Shown piece by piece: positions 1-9,845 of a stretch of 33,483 nucleotides of DNA. Every line of letters starts with the position of its first letter. Position 1 is the stretch's first letter. A program made the translations under genes and the position numbers. The stretch is from Thermoplasmata archaeon (GTDB lineage Archaea; Thermoplasmatota; Thermoplasmata; Lutacidiplasmatales; UBA184), in NCBI GenBank assembly GCA_021823085.1, contig JAKAPG010000001.1, positions 1 through 33,483 on the forward strand, read 5' to 3'. The notes beneath the pieces were generated by a model. The model had not been told where the DNA came from. It saw nothing but the letters and a program-made list of their open reading frames with translations, and did not search any database.

Positions 1-448
1 CGACGACTACGGGCGCCTTCGGCTTCTCGGGCGCGACCACGCGGCGTACGGTCACGGGCCGCTGCGCGCCGCACGCCTCGCAGACCAGGATCAGGAGGCG
101 CCCCTCCTTCCGGAGTTGGGTGTCGGGGCGCTTGCACTCCGAGCAGATGACGAACTTCTCGGTGTACTCCCGGATCTTCTGCTGGATCGACTCGGCGCTG
201 ACGCGTGACTTGAGGACGCCCCGCGGCAGATCGAGCACGCCCGGACATCCGAGCTCCTTCGCAAGGAAGCCGATCAGATGGGCCGGGTCCCGGCGCAGCA
301 CCTCCGCGATCGGGGCCAGGTTGCGGATGACGGTGTTCCGGCCGTCGCTCATGACGTCGGGATCCGGAACGACGAACCTCTCGCCGCCCGCCCTGATCTC
401 GGGGAGCTTCGTCCGTGCCCTCGCGAGCAACGCCTCGTAGCCTTCCAT
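1..448 (-). CDS. eif2b: translation initiation factor aIF2 beta subunit (3' end runs off the window)
   Basis: Absent from the ORF track because no stop is reached. My minus-strand translation from ATG 448-446 gives MEGYEALLARARTKLPEIRAGGERFVVPDPDVMSDGRNTVIRNLAPIAEVLRRDPAHLIGFLAKELG...KFVICSECKRPDTQLRKEGRLLILVCEACGAQRPV. This is collinear with archaeal aIF2-beta, including the C-terminal CxxC...CxxC zinc ribbon. The frame stays open to position 2. Confidence 0.85.
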   Translation of the reverse strand, partial: MEGYEALLARARTKLPEIRAGGERFVVPDPDVMSDGRNTVIRNLAPIAEVLRRDPAHLIGFLAKELGCPGVLDLPRGVLKSRVSAESIQQKIREYTEKFVICSECKRPDTQLRKEGRLLILVCEACGAQRPVTVRRVVAPEKPKAPVVV

Positions 449-589
449 CGCCACCAACCCATGCCGGGTGCCGCGCAAAAGGTTGCCGTGCGCAGCGGTG
501 CCGTCCCCCCGGGCCCGGACCGGTCCGCACCGCACGGGAGGGTCTCGCCCGGATCGGGCGCGGGCCTTCGGGAGAGCCCGACCCGGATC

Positions 590-1240
590 CTAGCCTCGAA
601 CGGAGCGCAGGTACTCCAGGGCCGGTGCCAGCGACCCGCCCTCGATGACGAACGTCGCCGCCTCGCGGGTGGGAGCGTCTTCGGGCCGGAAGGCAATCCC
701 GATCCGGCTCTCTCGGAACATTGCGATGTCGATCTCGGAGTTCCCGACGCTGGCGGTCTCGCTGCGAGCGACCGACAGCGTGCGCTGGAGCGAGGCGAGC
801 ACCCGGTCCTTTTGCTTGATGGGGACGCGAACGATCCCCTCGTCGGTCAATCTTCCGTCCGGCCGTACCCGGATCCCGTTCGCGAGGACGTGGTCGATTC
901 CGAGCTCGCGCCCCACGCGGCGCGCCGCGATGTCGAGCCCGCCGGATACGATGGCCGTCCGGATCCCGTCGGCCCGGAGTCCCGCGACCAGCTCGCGGGC
1001 CCCGGGCATCAACGGAACCCGGGCCAGGATCCGCTCGAGATCGTGCACCGAGATGTCCGGGTGCACGCTCTGCCAGAGCTGCACATCGGCGCGGACGAAC
1101 TCCACGTCGTCGATCTCGTCGCGCAGGAACCGCTCCACCGCCTTCGCGTTGGAGAGGCCGTAGTGCTGGTGGACGGCGGCCCAGGAGCTCGCGACGTCGA
1201 TGAGCGTCCCGTCCATATCGAAGGCGACCAGCTTAATCAT
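590..1240 (-). CDS. HAD-superfamily hydrolase, phosphoserine-phosphatase (SerB)-like
   Basis: 216-aa ORF. HAD motif I is FDMDGTLID, motif II is IVSGG, and motif III is GNSEIDIAMF. Its ATG overlaps the end of the upstream aldo/keto reductase gene by 8 nt. Confidence 0.8.
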   Translation of the reverse strand: MIKLVAFDMDGTLIDVASSWAAVHQHYGLSNAKAVERFLRDEIDDVEFVRADVQLWQSVHPDISVHDLERILARVPLMPGARELVAGLRADGIRTAIVSGGLDIAARRVGRELGIDHVLANGIRVRPDGRLTDEGIVRVPIKQKDRVLASLQRTLSVARSETASVGNSEIDIAMFRESRIGIAFRPEDAPTREAATFVIEGGSLAPALEYLRSVRG

Positions 1241-2213
1241 GGTTCGGCCGGGTCACGGCGTCCGCCGCATCGAGCACCTCGTCCGGTACGGGCGTCCCCC
1301 ATGCGAGGAGGTTCGCGTCGACCTGCTCGGGGCGGCTCGCCCCGAACAAGGGGAGCGCCCCCTGGCGGCGGAGCCAGTGAAGCGCCACCGAGGCGAGCGG
1401 TACACCGGCCTTCCGGGCGATCCCCGCGAGCGCGCGCACTTGGCCCATCGTCGCCGCGGCATGCTCGCCGTCCAGGCGTCGGGAACCTCGCCGGTTCGCA
1501 GCGGGCATGGAGCCGGAGCCGAGGAATCGCCCGGTCAGTAGACCGTGGGCGAGCGGTGTGTACGCCTCGATCGCCACGCCGGTGCGAGCGCAGTGCTCCC
1601 GGAGCTCGTCCCCCTCCTCCCGATCGATGAGGTTGTAGCGAATCTGGTCCACCGCGATCCGACGAGGAGCCAGCGCCGCCTGGGCCGCGGCGAGCCGAGG
1701 GACGTCAAAGTTCGAGACCCCGATCGCACCGATCTTCCCGGATTCGGCGAGCTCGGCGAAGACCCCCATCGTGTCCGCGATCGGGACCCGGTCGTCCGGT
1801 GCGTGCACGAGGTAGAGGTCGACGCTCGGGCGATCGAGGCGTTCGAGCGTCCCTTGGATCGCGGCGCGGATCTGGGCCGGGCGCAGGTGCTCCCACGAGA
1901 CCTTGCTCACGACGAACGATTCGGTGGCGAGGCCCGGATCGCGCGCAAGGACGCCTCCGAGGATCCGCTCCGAGCGACCGGCGCCGTACACCTCGGCCGT
2001 GTCCAGCCATCGCACTCCGGCTTCGAGCGCGTGGGCCACCGTCGCCTCCTCCCGGAGCTCGTCGTCGTGGGTCCATCGGCCCAGGTTCCAGAGACCGAGC
2101 CCGATCTCCGGGTGGGGTTTCGAGGTTCCGGCGATTGGCACCGTCCCCACGGGGAGCGATCCGGTCCGAGCCTTCGTACCGGTCCTCGAGCGGGTTCGAG
2201 GGGAAGGCGTCAT
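1233..2213 (-). CDS. aldo/keto reductase family oxidoreductase
   Basis: Only the C-terminal 326 aa of the 811-aa track ORF look like protein. Supporting strings: LGLWNLGRW, LDTAEVYGAGRSERILG, VDLYLVHAPD, IGAIGVSNF. The ATG at 2213 overlaps the valS stop (ATGA on the minus strand, 2213-2210). The upstream part of the ORF is off-frame valS sequence. Confidence 0.85.
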   Translation of the reverse strand: MTPSPRTRSRTGTKARTGSLPVGTVPIAGTSKPHPEIGLGLWNLGRWTHDDELREEATVAHALEAGVRWLDTAEVYGAGRSERILGGVLARDPGLATESFVVSKVSWEHLRPAQIRAAIQGTLERLDRPSVDLYLVHAPDDRVPIADTMGVFAELAESGKIGAIGVSNFDVPRLAAAQAALAPRRIAVDQIRYNLIDREEGDELREHCARTGVAIEAYTPLAHGLLTGRFLGSGSMPAANRRGSRRLDGEHAAATMGQVRALAGIARKAGVPLASVALHWLRRQGALPLFGASRPEQVDANLLAWGTPVPDEVLDAADAVTRPNHD

Positions 2214-4927
2214 GGCTCCTGGCGGGGGGAGCCGCCCCGGCTCAAGTGGGCATCGATGCGCCGGATGCGGGCGGCGAGCTCGTCGACCTTCGCCTCCTGC
2301 TCCCGGACGATCGGGGCCGGAGCCCGGTCTCGGAACCCAGGATCCGCGAGCCGCTCGCGACTCTTCTCGAGGAGGGCGAGCAGCTTCTCTCGCTCGCGTT
2401 CGAGCGCGCCGTTCGCCTCGGCGGAACCCCCGGGTCTCTGGAGGCTGATCTCCCCGAACGGTGCCACGCGGCTCGAGGCGTTCTCGGGCCGTGGCGCACC
2501 GGGATCCAGGACGGTCAGGGGGTGCACCCGAGCGAGCCGCTCGATCGTGCCCCGTTGCTCGGCGAAGAGCTTCGCGAGGGTCGGCGTCGCCGGTACCGTC
2601 CAGGCCGGAGGGACCCGCTCGGCCGGGACGGTCTCCTCCGAACGAAGGTTGCGCAGGAGACGCACCGCCTCGAGCACGGTACCCTCGGCCTCCTCGGCGG
2701 CGGGGTCGGGCGAGACCTCGGCCCCCGGCCAGGAGGCGAGCGCCAGCAGTTCGCCGTCGTGAGGGTAGGCATGCCACAGCTCCTCGGTCACGTGCGGAAC
2801 GAACGGGTGCAACAGGCGGAGCACGCGTTCCGTGACGAAGAGGAGCGTCTCCCGGGCTGCCCGCTGGGAGGGCGCCCCGGCCGTGCCCGCGAGGCGGTCC
2901 TTGACGATCTCCACGTACCGGTCCGCGATGTCGTGCCAGAGGAACTGGTAGAGCGCGCTCGCGGCCCGCGAGATGTCGAACGCATCGAGAGCGAGTTCGA
3001 CCTCCTCCCGAGTCCGAGCATACCGAGAGAGGATCCATCGGTCCTCGAGGGCGGAGCCGGAGTCCAACACCGGCGGTCCGCGCGGCGCGGGGGTGTCCGG
3101 GGGAGTGTGGAGCAGGGTGAATCGTCCTACGTTCCACAGCTTCGTGAGGAAGTTGCGGCCCCCGTCCAGCGGGCCGGGGCCGAACGGGCCGTCCTCCTCC
3201 ACCGGGTTCGGGAACGTCAACGAGAAGCGCAGCGCGTCCGCCCCGCGCTCCCGGATTACATCGAGCGGGTCCGGGGAGTTTCCGAGGTGCTTCGACATCC
3301 GCCGGCCCTGGGCGTCGCGCAGCATTCCGGTGAACACGACGTCGGAGAACGGCGGTTGGCCGGTGAACTTGAGACCGGCCATGATCATCCGCGCGACCCA
3401 GAAGAACATGATGTCGCGGCCCGTGACGAGGACCTGCGTCGGGTAGTAGTGGGCGACCTCGCCGGTGGGTTCGGGCCATCCGAGGGCCAGGAATGGCCAC
3501 ATCCAGCTCGTGAACCACGTGTCGAGGACGTCCGGGTCCGCAGCGAGGTCCGCCCCGTGGCACGACGGGCACTGCGTGGGTTCGTCGACGGACGCAAACT
3601 CGTGCCGGCACGCTCGGCAGCGGTACACCGGAATCGGGTGCCCCCACAGGATCTGCCGGGAGATGCACCAGTCCTCAATCGACTCCATCCAGCGGAAGTA
3701 GGTGAGGTTCCAGCGTTCGGGGTGGATCCGGATCCGCCCGTTCCGTACGGCGGCGATGGCCGGAGCGGCGAGCGGCGGCATCCGAACGAACCACTGGACC
3801 GACAGCCGGGGCTCGACGACCGCCTCGGACCTCTCGGACCGGGCCACCGAGTGGCGGAACCTTTCGCGCTTGACCAGGAGACCCTCGCGCTCCAGTTGCT
3901 CGGCCGCGCGCTCGCGGGCGGAGTCCCGGTCCAAGCCCTGCCAGGCGGCGGGAACGGCGGGGCCGTTCAATCGGGCCCGGGAGTCGAAGATCTCCGCCGG
4001 CATCGGGAGACCCGGATGGCGCCGGAAGACCTCGTAGTCCACGATATCGTGCCGCGGGGTCACCTTGAGTGCGCCGGTACCGAACGTCGGATCGATCGCC
4101 TCATCGGTAAGAATCGGGACGATGCGGTCCGTGAACGGAACGCGTACCCGCCGGCCGACATCGGCGAAGTGTCGTGCGTCGGCCGGGTGGACCGCGATTG
4201 CCACGTCGCCGAGGATCGTCTCGGGTCGTGCGGTCGCCACCTCCATGCCGCCCGGGCTCCCGTCCGCCCACGGGTAGCGAACGTAGTAGAGCGTCCCCTC
4301 CTCCTCGGTGTGAACGACCTCGAGGTCCGAGATCGCGGTCTCGAGACGAGGGTCCCAGTTGACCATCCGCTCGCCCCGGTAGATCAGGCCCTCCCGGTAG
4401 AGGCGGACGAAAACCTCGCGGGTCGCGCGGCTCGCGAGCGAATCCTTCGTGTAGCGGAATCGGGACCAGTCGATCGAGAACCCTCCGGCCTCGAGCTGCG
4501 CGCGAATCTGCGCCTGATGCTCTTCGCGCCACCTCTCGAGGTGTCCGAGCGCTTCCTCCCGGGAGAGCGTCTCGAACCGGATCCCTTGCTTCGACAGGCG
4601 TCGCCGGACCTCGACCTGCGTCGCCAGCCCGGCGTGATCGACGCCCGGGACCCACAGGGTCGGTCGACCCTGCATGCGGGCGCGGCGCACCAGGACGTCC
4701 ATCACCGTCCCACCGAGCATGTGGCCGATCGTCAGCACCCCGGTCACGTTCGGCGGCGGCAGCGCGAGCGTGAACGTCGGCTCCTTCGGGCGGTCGGGAG
4801 CGCGGAACGCCGCAAGGCGGTTCCACGCCGCCTGCCAGCGACGCTCGATCGGTCCGGGTTCGAACCGGGCGGCGAGGGCGGTCCGCCCCCCGCTCGTGGG
4901 CGTCTCCGCTGCCGACATCGGGCCCAT
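2210..4927 (-). CDS. valS: valyl-tRNA synthetase
   Basis: Contains PPPNVTGVLTIGHMLG (HIGH-type motif), WVPGVDHAGLATQ and RRMSKHLGNSPDP (KMSKS-type motif). The length, about 905 aa, is typical. Start is ATG 4927 (MGPMSAAE) or ATG 4918. The first ~260 aa of the 1164-aa track ORF are off-frame lysS sequence. Confidence 0.95.
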   Translation of the reverse strand: MGPMSAAETPTSGGRTALAARFEPGPIERRWQAAWNRLAAFRAPDRPKEPTFTLALPPPNVTGVLTIGHMLGGTVMDVLVRRARMQGRPTLWVPGVDHAGLATQVEVRRRLSKQGIRFETLSREEALGHLERWREEHQAQIRAQLEAGGFSIDWSRFRYTKDSLASRATREVFVRLYREGLIYRGERMVNWDPRLETAISDLEVVHTEEEGTLYYVRYPWADGSPGGMEVATARPETILGDVAIAVHPADARHFADVGRRVRVPFTDRIVPILTDEAIDPTFGTGALKVTPRHDIVDYEVFRRHPGLPMPAEIFDSRARLNGPAVPAAWQGLDRDSARERAAEQLEREGLLVKRERFRHSVARSERSEAVVEPRLSVQWFVRMPPLAAPAIAAVRNGRIRIHPERWNLTYFRWMESIEDWCISRQILWGHPIPVYRCRACRHEFASVDEPTQCPSCHGADLAADPDVLDTWFTSWMWPFLALGWPEPTGEVAHYYPTQVLVTGRDIMFFWVARMIMAGLKFTGQPPFSDVVFTGMLRDAQGRRMSKHLGNSPDPLDVIRERGADALRFSLTFPNPVEEDGPFGPGPLDGGRNFLTKLWNVGRFTLLHTPPDTPAPRGPPVLDSGSALEDRWILSRYARTREEVELALDAFDISRAASALYQFLWHDIADRYVEIVKDRLAGTAGAPSQRAARETLLFVTERVLRLLHPFVPHVTEELWHAYPHDGELLALASWPGAEVSPDPAAEEAEGTVLEAVRLLRNLRSEETVPAERVPPAWTVPATPTLAKLFAEQRGTIERLARVHPLTVLDPGAPRPENASSRVAPFGEISLQRPGGSAEANGALEREREKLLALLEKSRERLADPGFRDRAPAPIVREQEAKVDELAARIRRIDAHLSRGGSPRQEP

Positions 4928-4968
4928 CCCACCGGGGCGCGGTCCAAGAAGCTTGCGAACCCGCGGAA

Positions 4969-6453
4969 TCACTCGGAACGGCTCCGGGTCTGGGGGAACA
5001 GCAGGACCTCCTTGATCGACGACGCGCCGAGGAGCGCCATCGCGACGCGATCGATCCCGATGCCGATCCCGGTCGCGGGGGGCATCCCGTAGCGCAGCGC
5101 GGCGACGAAGTCCGCGTCGTAGGCGTAGGAATCCTCGCCTCGTGCGCTCAACTGCTCGCGGAACCGGCGTTCCTGCTCGTCCGGGTCGTTGAGCTCGGTG
5201 TACGCGTTGCCGAGCTCGAAGGAGCGATAGAAGATCTCGAATCGTTCGACCCGACCGGGGTCGGAGCGGTGCCGCTTCGCGAGCGGCGTAGTGATGGCCG
5301 GGTGGTCGACCACGAACGAGACGCGGTCGATCGTCGGCTCGACGTAGTGCTCGAAGAGCTTGTCCAAAAAGACCCCGGGAGGAGAATCGTCGGGGACCGT
5401 CGCCCCGATCGCCCGCGCCCTGACGCGCAGTTGATCGGCATCGAGATCGGCGACGTTCCGGATCCCGCTGGTTCGTTCGAGGCTCTCCACGAAGTCGACC
5501 GTCGGGAACGGGGGTCGGAACCGTTCGGCGGCCGCGCGAACGTCCGGGGAGTCCGGGAGCCACTCCCGCGTGCGAGCGGCGAGCCTCTCGAACAGTCCCT
5601 CGGTGAGGCGGCGCATGTCGTGATAGTCCGCGTACGCCCAGTAGGCCTCGAGCATCGTGAACTCGGGAGAGTGCGTGGTGTCGAGGTCTTCGTTGCGGAA
5701 GCATCGCCCGATCTCGTAGACCTGCTCGAGCCCTCCCACGAGCAGGCGCTTGAGCGAGAGTTCGAGCGCGATGCGCAGTTGCAGCTCCTCGTTCAGGTAG
5801 CGGGAGTGGGTGACGAACGGAGCGGCCGCGGCCCCACCGGCGACGGGCAGAAGGATCGGCGTCTCGACCTCGATGAATCCGGCCGCATCGAAGTGGCGGC
5901 GCACCTCGCGCACGAGCTCGGAGCGAAGGCGAAATCGGCGGCGGGTCTCTTCGGAGGAGAGCAGATCGAGGTAGCGTCGCCGGATCCGCTCCTCCTCGTC
6001 CTTGAGGCCGTGGAACTTCTCGGGCGGCGGGGAGACGGCCTTCGCGAGCACGAACAGCGTCCGTGCGACGAGGGAGCTCTCGCCCCGGCGCGTCCGAGCG
6101 GCGTAGCCGACCGCGCCGACGATGTCTCCGGGGTCGAGGTCGGCGAGCCAGGAGGCGTACGCGTCCTCCCCCAGAACATCGCTTCGTAGCACGAGCTGCA
6201 GGGTACCGGACTGGTCGACGAGGTCAGCGAACGAAGCCCGACCGTGGGTGCGCACGCTCCAGAGCCGGCCCGCGACGCGGAACTCAGTCCCGGTGGCCTC
6301 TTCGCCCGCCGAGAGCCGACCCGCGGCGCTCCGAACCTCCGCGGTGGCCACCCGACCGGGGAAGGCGTGCGGGTACGGCTCGACCCCTCGAGAGCGGAGT
6401 CGCTCGATCTTCGAGCGTCGTTCGGCCTCGAGATGAGATTCCTCGGGCGGCAT
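4969..6453 (-). CDS. lysS: lysyl-tRNA synthetase, class II
   Basis: 494 aa. N-terminal OB anticodon-binding region followed by a class II core with FRNEDLDTTHSPEFTMLEAY (motif 2) and a C-terminal GIGIGIDRVAM (motif 3). GGAGG lies at 6463-6459, 5 nt upstream of ATG 6453. Confidence 0.95.
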   Translation of the reverse strand: MPPEESHLEAERRSKIERLRSRGVEPYPHAFPGRVATAEVRSAAGRLSAGEEATGTEFRVAGRLWSVRTHGRASFADLVDQSGTLQLVLRSDVLGEDAYASWLADLDPGDIVGAVGYAARTRRGESSLVARTLFVLAKAVSPPPEKFHGLKDEEERIRRRYLDLLSSEETRRRFRLRSELVREVRRHFDAAGFIEVETPILLPVAGGAAAAPFVTHSRYLNEELQLRIALELSLKRLLVGGLEQVYEIGRCFRNEDLDTTHSPEFTMLEAYWAYADYHDMRRLTEGLFERLAARTREWLPDSPDVRAAAERFRPPFPTVDFVESLERTSGIRNVADLDADQLRVRARAIGATVPDDSPPGVFLDKLFEHYVEPTIDRVSFVVDHPAITTPLAKRHRSDPGRVERFEIFYRSFELGNAYTELNDPDEQERRFREQLSARGEDSYAYDADFVAALRYGMPPATGIGIGIDRVAMALLGASSIKEVLLFPQTRSRSE

Positions 6454-6496
6454 CTCGTCCTCCAGCGGGAGGGGTACGGGGAGAAAGAGGCTTTGT

Positions 6497-6898
6497 TCAG
6501 CCGGCGAGGCCCTCGAGCGACAGGCGCTCGACGTTCCCCGGGCGAACGAGAGCCAGATGCTCGGGGACGGCCGCCTCGGCTCCCGCGGGTCGTGCGGGCT
6601 CGTAGAGGAGCAGGAACGTTCCGTAGAAGAACTCCGCCGTAGCGTCGCCTCCGCCGATGCCGTAGCTGACGTAGTCGGAGAAGTAGATGTGAAGGTAGCC
6701 CGAGCGGCGCGCGCGAATCGCGGTGAGGAACGCGTTCAGGTCCGACGATCCCTTCCGTTGCAGCTCCTCGATGAGGTCCCGGAGCAGCGGACGGAGCGAT
6801 AGGCCGGCGAGACCGTCGTACTCGAGATAGATGGCGGGCCGCGGGTCGAGCGAGACGACGTCGAGACGTTGCACCCCTTCCACCGGCTTGGTACGCAT
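6497..6898 (-). CDS. hypothetical protein (133 aa)
   Basis: Clean ORF with the strong third-position GC bias of neighbouring genes. It is co-oriented with lysS and lies 43 nt upstream of it. I recognise no family. Confidence 0.6.
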   Translation of the reverse strand: MRTKPVEGVQRLDVVSLDPRPAIYLEYDGLAGLSLRPLLRDLIEELQRKGSSDLNAFLTAIRARRSGYLHIYFSDYVSYGIGGGDATAEFFYGTFLLLYEPARPAGAEAAVPEHLALVRPGNVERLSLEGLAG

Positions 6899-6994
6899 GC
6901 GGCCGGCCTAACGGGTCCGCGTTATGAGCTCTTCCCTACCGCGCCGCACGAGACTGCGATTTCTTTCTATGCCGGAGCGATGTGGGAGGCCGGA

Positions 6995-8176
6995 ATGGCC
7001 GAACCGCTTCGCACGGATCCGTTCGTTCCCGGCCCCCGGCTCCGACGAGATCCCGTACGAACGGGGCCCTTGGACGGTCTGTCCTTCGCCGCCAAGGACA
7101 CGTTCGACGTCGCGGGGGAAAGAAAGAGCTCCGGCAACCCCGACTGGCGGAGGACCCACCCTCCCGCCGCGCGTTCCTCCCCCGTGATCGAGCAACTCCT
7201 CGCCGCGGGCGCTCGCCTCGCAGGGAAGACGGTTCTGGACGAACTCGCCTTCAGCGTTCAGGGAGAGAACGAGCTCTACGGCTCCCCGCTCAACCCGCGC
7301 GCGCCGGATCGGACGTCGGGCGGGTCCTCGAGCGGCTCCGCGTCCGTCGTAGCGCAGGGGTGGGTCGACTTCGCGCTCGGCACGGACACGGGCGGATCCG
7401 TCCGAGTTCCCTCAAGCTATTGCGGGATCTTCGGGATCCGGCCCACGCTCGGCCGGATTTCGCTCGCGGGGGTCACCCCGCTCGCACCGAGCTTCGACAC
7501 GGTCGGCTGGCTCGCTCGGGACGGCACGACTCTCGCGAGGGTAGGGTCCGTTCTGCTCGGCGAGGGCGCCGGGCTCGCCCCTCAGCGATTCCTGTGGGCC
7601 ACGGATGCCTTCGAGCTCGCGGGATCGGCGGTCACGAAGGAGCTCCGCTCCCGCGCAATCGAACTCTTCGGCTCGTTCGAGGAGATTCGGATCTACCCCG
7701 ATCCGCCGACGGCGGCATTCCGAACGTATCGGACGATCTCGGCGTTCGAAGCCTGGCGGGTCCACGGCCCATGGATCTCCGAAACCCATCCTCACTTCGC
7801 CGCTTCGATCGCGGCCCGGTTCCGGGACGCCTCGACGGTGACCCCGAAGGCCGCCGAGGAGGCGTACGAATATCGGGAGGGGTTCCGGTCGTCGGTACGC
7901 GCCCGGCTATCGTCCGGGGCCGCCGTCCTCGTTCCCGCGGCACCCGGGCCGGCGCCCTTGCTGGGGGCCTCGGATCCCACCGAGCAGGCCGCCTCGCGAG
8001 AGCGGATCATCTCCTTGGAAGCGATCGCGACGCTGGGCGGCCTTCCGGAGCTCGCGATACCGGTCGGGCTCGTCGACGGCCTACCGCTGGGCCTCGGACT
8101 CCTTGGCGCCGAAGGCGCGGACTCCTCGCTGCTCGCCCTGGCGGGGAGCCCGGCGGTCGCCCGCGCCGTTCGCTAG
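6995..8176 (+). CDS. amidase-signature family amidase (GatA-like fold)
   Basis: Contains the amidase signature GGSSSGSASVVAQGWVDFALGTDTGGSVRVPSSYCGIFGIRPT. I prefer ATG 6995 (MAEPLRTDPF), because the track start at 6869 would overlap the divergent gene. ATG 6980 is an alternative. Confidence 0.85.
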   Translation: MAEPLRTDPFVPGPRLRRDPVRTGPLDGLSFAAKDTFDVAGERKSSGNPDWRRTHPPAARSSPVIEQLLAAGARLAGKTVLDELAFSVQGENELYGSPLNPRAPDRTSGGSSSGSASVVAQGWVDFALGTDTGGSVRVPSSYCGIFGIRPTLGRISLAGVTPLAPSFDTVGWLARDGTTLARVGSVLLGEGAGLAPQRFLWATDAFELAGSAVTKELRSRAIELFGSFEEIRIYPDPPTAAFRTYRTISAFEAWRVHGPWISETHPHFAASIAARFRDASTVTPKAAEEAYEYREGFRSSVRARLSSGAAVLVPAAPGPAPLLGASDPTEQAASRERIISLEAIATLGGLPELAIPVGLVDGLPLGLGLLGAEGADSSLLALAGSPAVARAVR

Positions 8177-8192
8177 ATCGGTCGGACGGTCC

Positions 8193-9806
8193 CTAGTCCC
8201 CGCCACCTTTCGGCGCGGGTCCGGACTTCTTGGAGGCGATGACGTCGTCGATGCGCAGGATCATGCTCGCGACCTCGACCGCGCTCGAGAGCGCCTGGCG
8301 TTTCACGCGGGCCGGCTCGACCACGTGCATCTTCCACATGTCGGTGGTCTTCCCGTCGGCGAGGTTCACGCCGACGTTCTTGTTCGCCTTCGTGCCTTCG
8401 TGGGCGCTGCGAAGCTCGATGAGCGTGTCGATCGAATCATACCCGCCGTTCTCCGTGAGGGCCCACGGGACGACCTCGAGCGCCTGAGCGAACGCCTCGA
8501 CGGCGAGCTGCTCGCGGCCCCCGACCGTCGGAGCGAACTTGCGCAGGCGAACGGCCAGGTCGATCTCGGTCGCTCCGCCGCCGGCGCATACGACCCCGTC
8601 CTCGATGACGCTCGCGACGACCTTGAGCGCGTCCTGGAGCGAGCGCTCCACCTCCTGCGTCACATGCTCGGTCCCGCCGCGGATGAGGATCGAGACGGAG
8701 CGCGGGTTCTTGCAACCGGTGACGAACGTCATGCGGTCCTCGCCGACCTTTCGCTCCTCCACGAGAGCCGCGCTCCCGAGGTCGGCGCTCGTGAGCTCGG
8801 TGATGCCGGTCACGATCTTGCCACCGGTCGCGCGGGAGAGCTTCTGGAGATCGGACTCCTTGACCTGCTTGACCGCGTAGATCCCTTCCTTCGCGAGGTA
8901 GTGGAGAACGACGTCGTCGATCCCCTTCTGGCTGACCACGACGTTCGCCCCGGAGCCCTTGATCTGGCTCACCATCTTACGGAACGTCTTGTCTTCCTCG
9001 TCGAGGAAGCTCTGGATCTGGGACGGGTTCTTGATGTTGATCTTGCTCTCGATCTCGGTCTTCTTGATCTCGAGCGCCGAGTTGAGGAGAGCGATCTTCG
9101 CGTTCCCGACCGACGTGAGCATTCGGGGGTGGCCGCGCTCCTTGTCGAGCAGGATCCCATCGATGAGCTCGGTGTCGTCGATCGAGCCGCCGTGCCGCTT
9201 CTCGATCTTGATCTGATCGACGTCGGCGACGACCCGGTCCCCCCGGGTCTCGACGATCTTCTGGACCGCGCGGACGGCGATGTCGGCGAGGTGCTCCCGC
9301 GAGCCGAAGACCCCCTTCGACCCCATCGCGGTGCGCGCGCAGTCCGTCAGTATGCTCCCGTCGTTCGTCTTGACCGGGATGCCGATCTCCTTCTCGATGA
9401 GGCGCTGCGCCTCGGTGTTCGCGACGTCGAATCCCTTCGTGATCACGGTCGGATGGATGTTCTGCTCGAGCAGGTACTCCGAGCGCTTCAGGAGCTCGCC
9501 GGCGAGAACGACCGCCGTGGTCGTTCCGTCGCCGCACTGCTGGTCCTGGGTCTTCGCCACCTCGACCAGCATCTTCGCGGCCGGGTGCTCGACGTCGACC
9601 TCCTTGAGGATGGTGACGCCATCGTTGGTGATCGTGATGTCGCCCATCGAATCGACGAGCATCTTGTCCATCCCACGCGGACCCAGGGTGGTTCGGACGG
9701 CATCCGCGACGGCGCGTGCCGCGGCGATGTTGTTCTGGGTCGCGCTGCGGCCGCGGTCACGTTCGGTTCCTTCCTTCAAGACGAGAATGGGCGTTCCTTG
9801 GAGCAT
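8193..9806 (-). CDS. ths: thermosome subunit (group II chaperonin)
   Basis: Starts MLQGTPILVLKEGTERDRG. Contains TLGPRGMDKMLV, ITNDGVTILKE, GDGTTTAVVLAGELL and VCAGGGATE. Start is ATG 9806, with a TATA box 31 nt upstream. The 33 extra N-terminal residues in the track ORF read through the promoter. Confidence 0.97.
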   Translation of the reverse strand: MLQGTPILVLKEGTERDRGRSATQNNIAAARAVADAVRTTLGPRGMDKMLVDSMGDITITNDGVTILKEVDVEHPAAKMLVEVAKTQDQQCGDGTTTAVVLAGELLKRSEYLLEQNIHPTVITKGFDVANTEAQRLIEKEIGIPVKTNDGSILTDCARTAMGSKGVFGSREHLADIAVRAVQKIVETRGDRVVADVDQIKIEKRHGGSIDDTELIDGILLDKERGHPRMLTSVGNAKIALLNSALEIKKTEIESKINIKNPSQIQSFLDEEDKTFRKMVSQIKGSGANVVVSQKGIDDVVLHYLAKEGIYAVKQVKESDLQKLSRATGGKIVTGITELTSADLGSAALVEERKVGEDRMTFVTGCKNPRSVSILIRGGTEHVTQEVERSLQDALKVVASVIEDGVVCAGGGATEIDLAVRLRKFAPTVGGREQLAVEAFAQALEVVPWALTENGGYDSIDTLIELRSAHEGTKANKNVGVNLADGKTTDMWKMHVVEPARVKRQALSSAVEVASMILRIDDVIASKKSGPAPKGGGD

Positions 9807-9837
9807 GGTTGCACCAAGGATTGGCAAAATGCCCTTG

Positions 9838-9845
9838 TATATAAA
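9838..9845 (-). promoter_or_regulatory. archaeal TATA box (TTTATATA) of the thermosome gene
   Basis: This is the only strongly AT-rich octamer in the 248-bp divergent intergenic region. It lies 31 nt upstream of ATG 9806 and is preceded by the purine-rich, BRE-like GGGGTGAA. Confidence 0.6.

Noticed and set aside
4853-4868. CCGGGTTCGAACCGGG, which resembles a tRNA T-arm (GGTTCGAA)
   Set aside because: It lies inside the valS coding frame. No acceptor, D or anticodon arms can be built from the flanking sequence. It is only a near-palindrome.
1799-5092. 1097-aa plus-strand ORF, among the longest in the track
   Set aside because: It is antisense to valS and the aldo/keto reductase gene. The translation is Arg/Gly/Pro-rich with no recognisable motifs, whereas the opposite strand encodes unmistakable ValRS. 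This is a typical stop-free shadow frame in GC-rich DNA.
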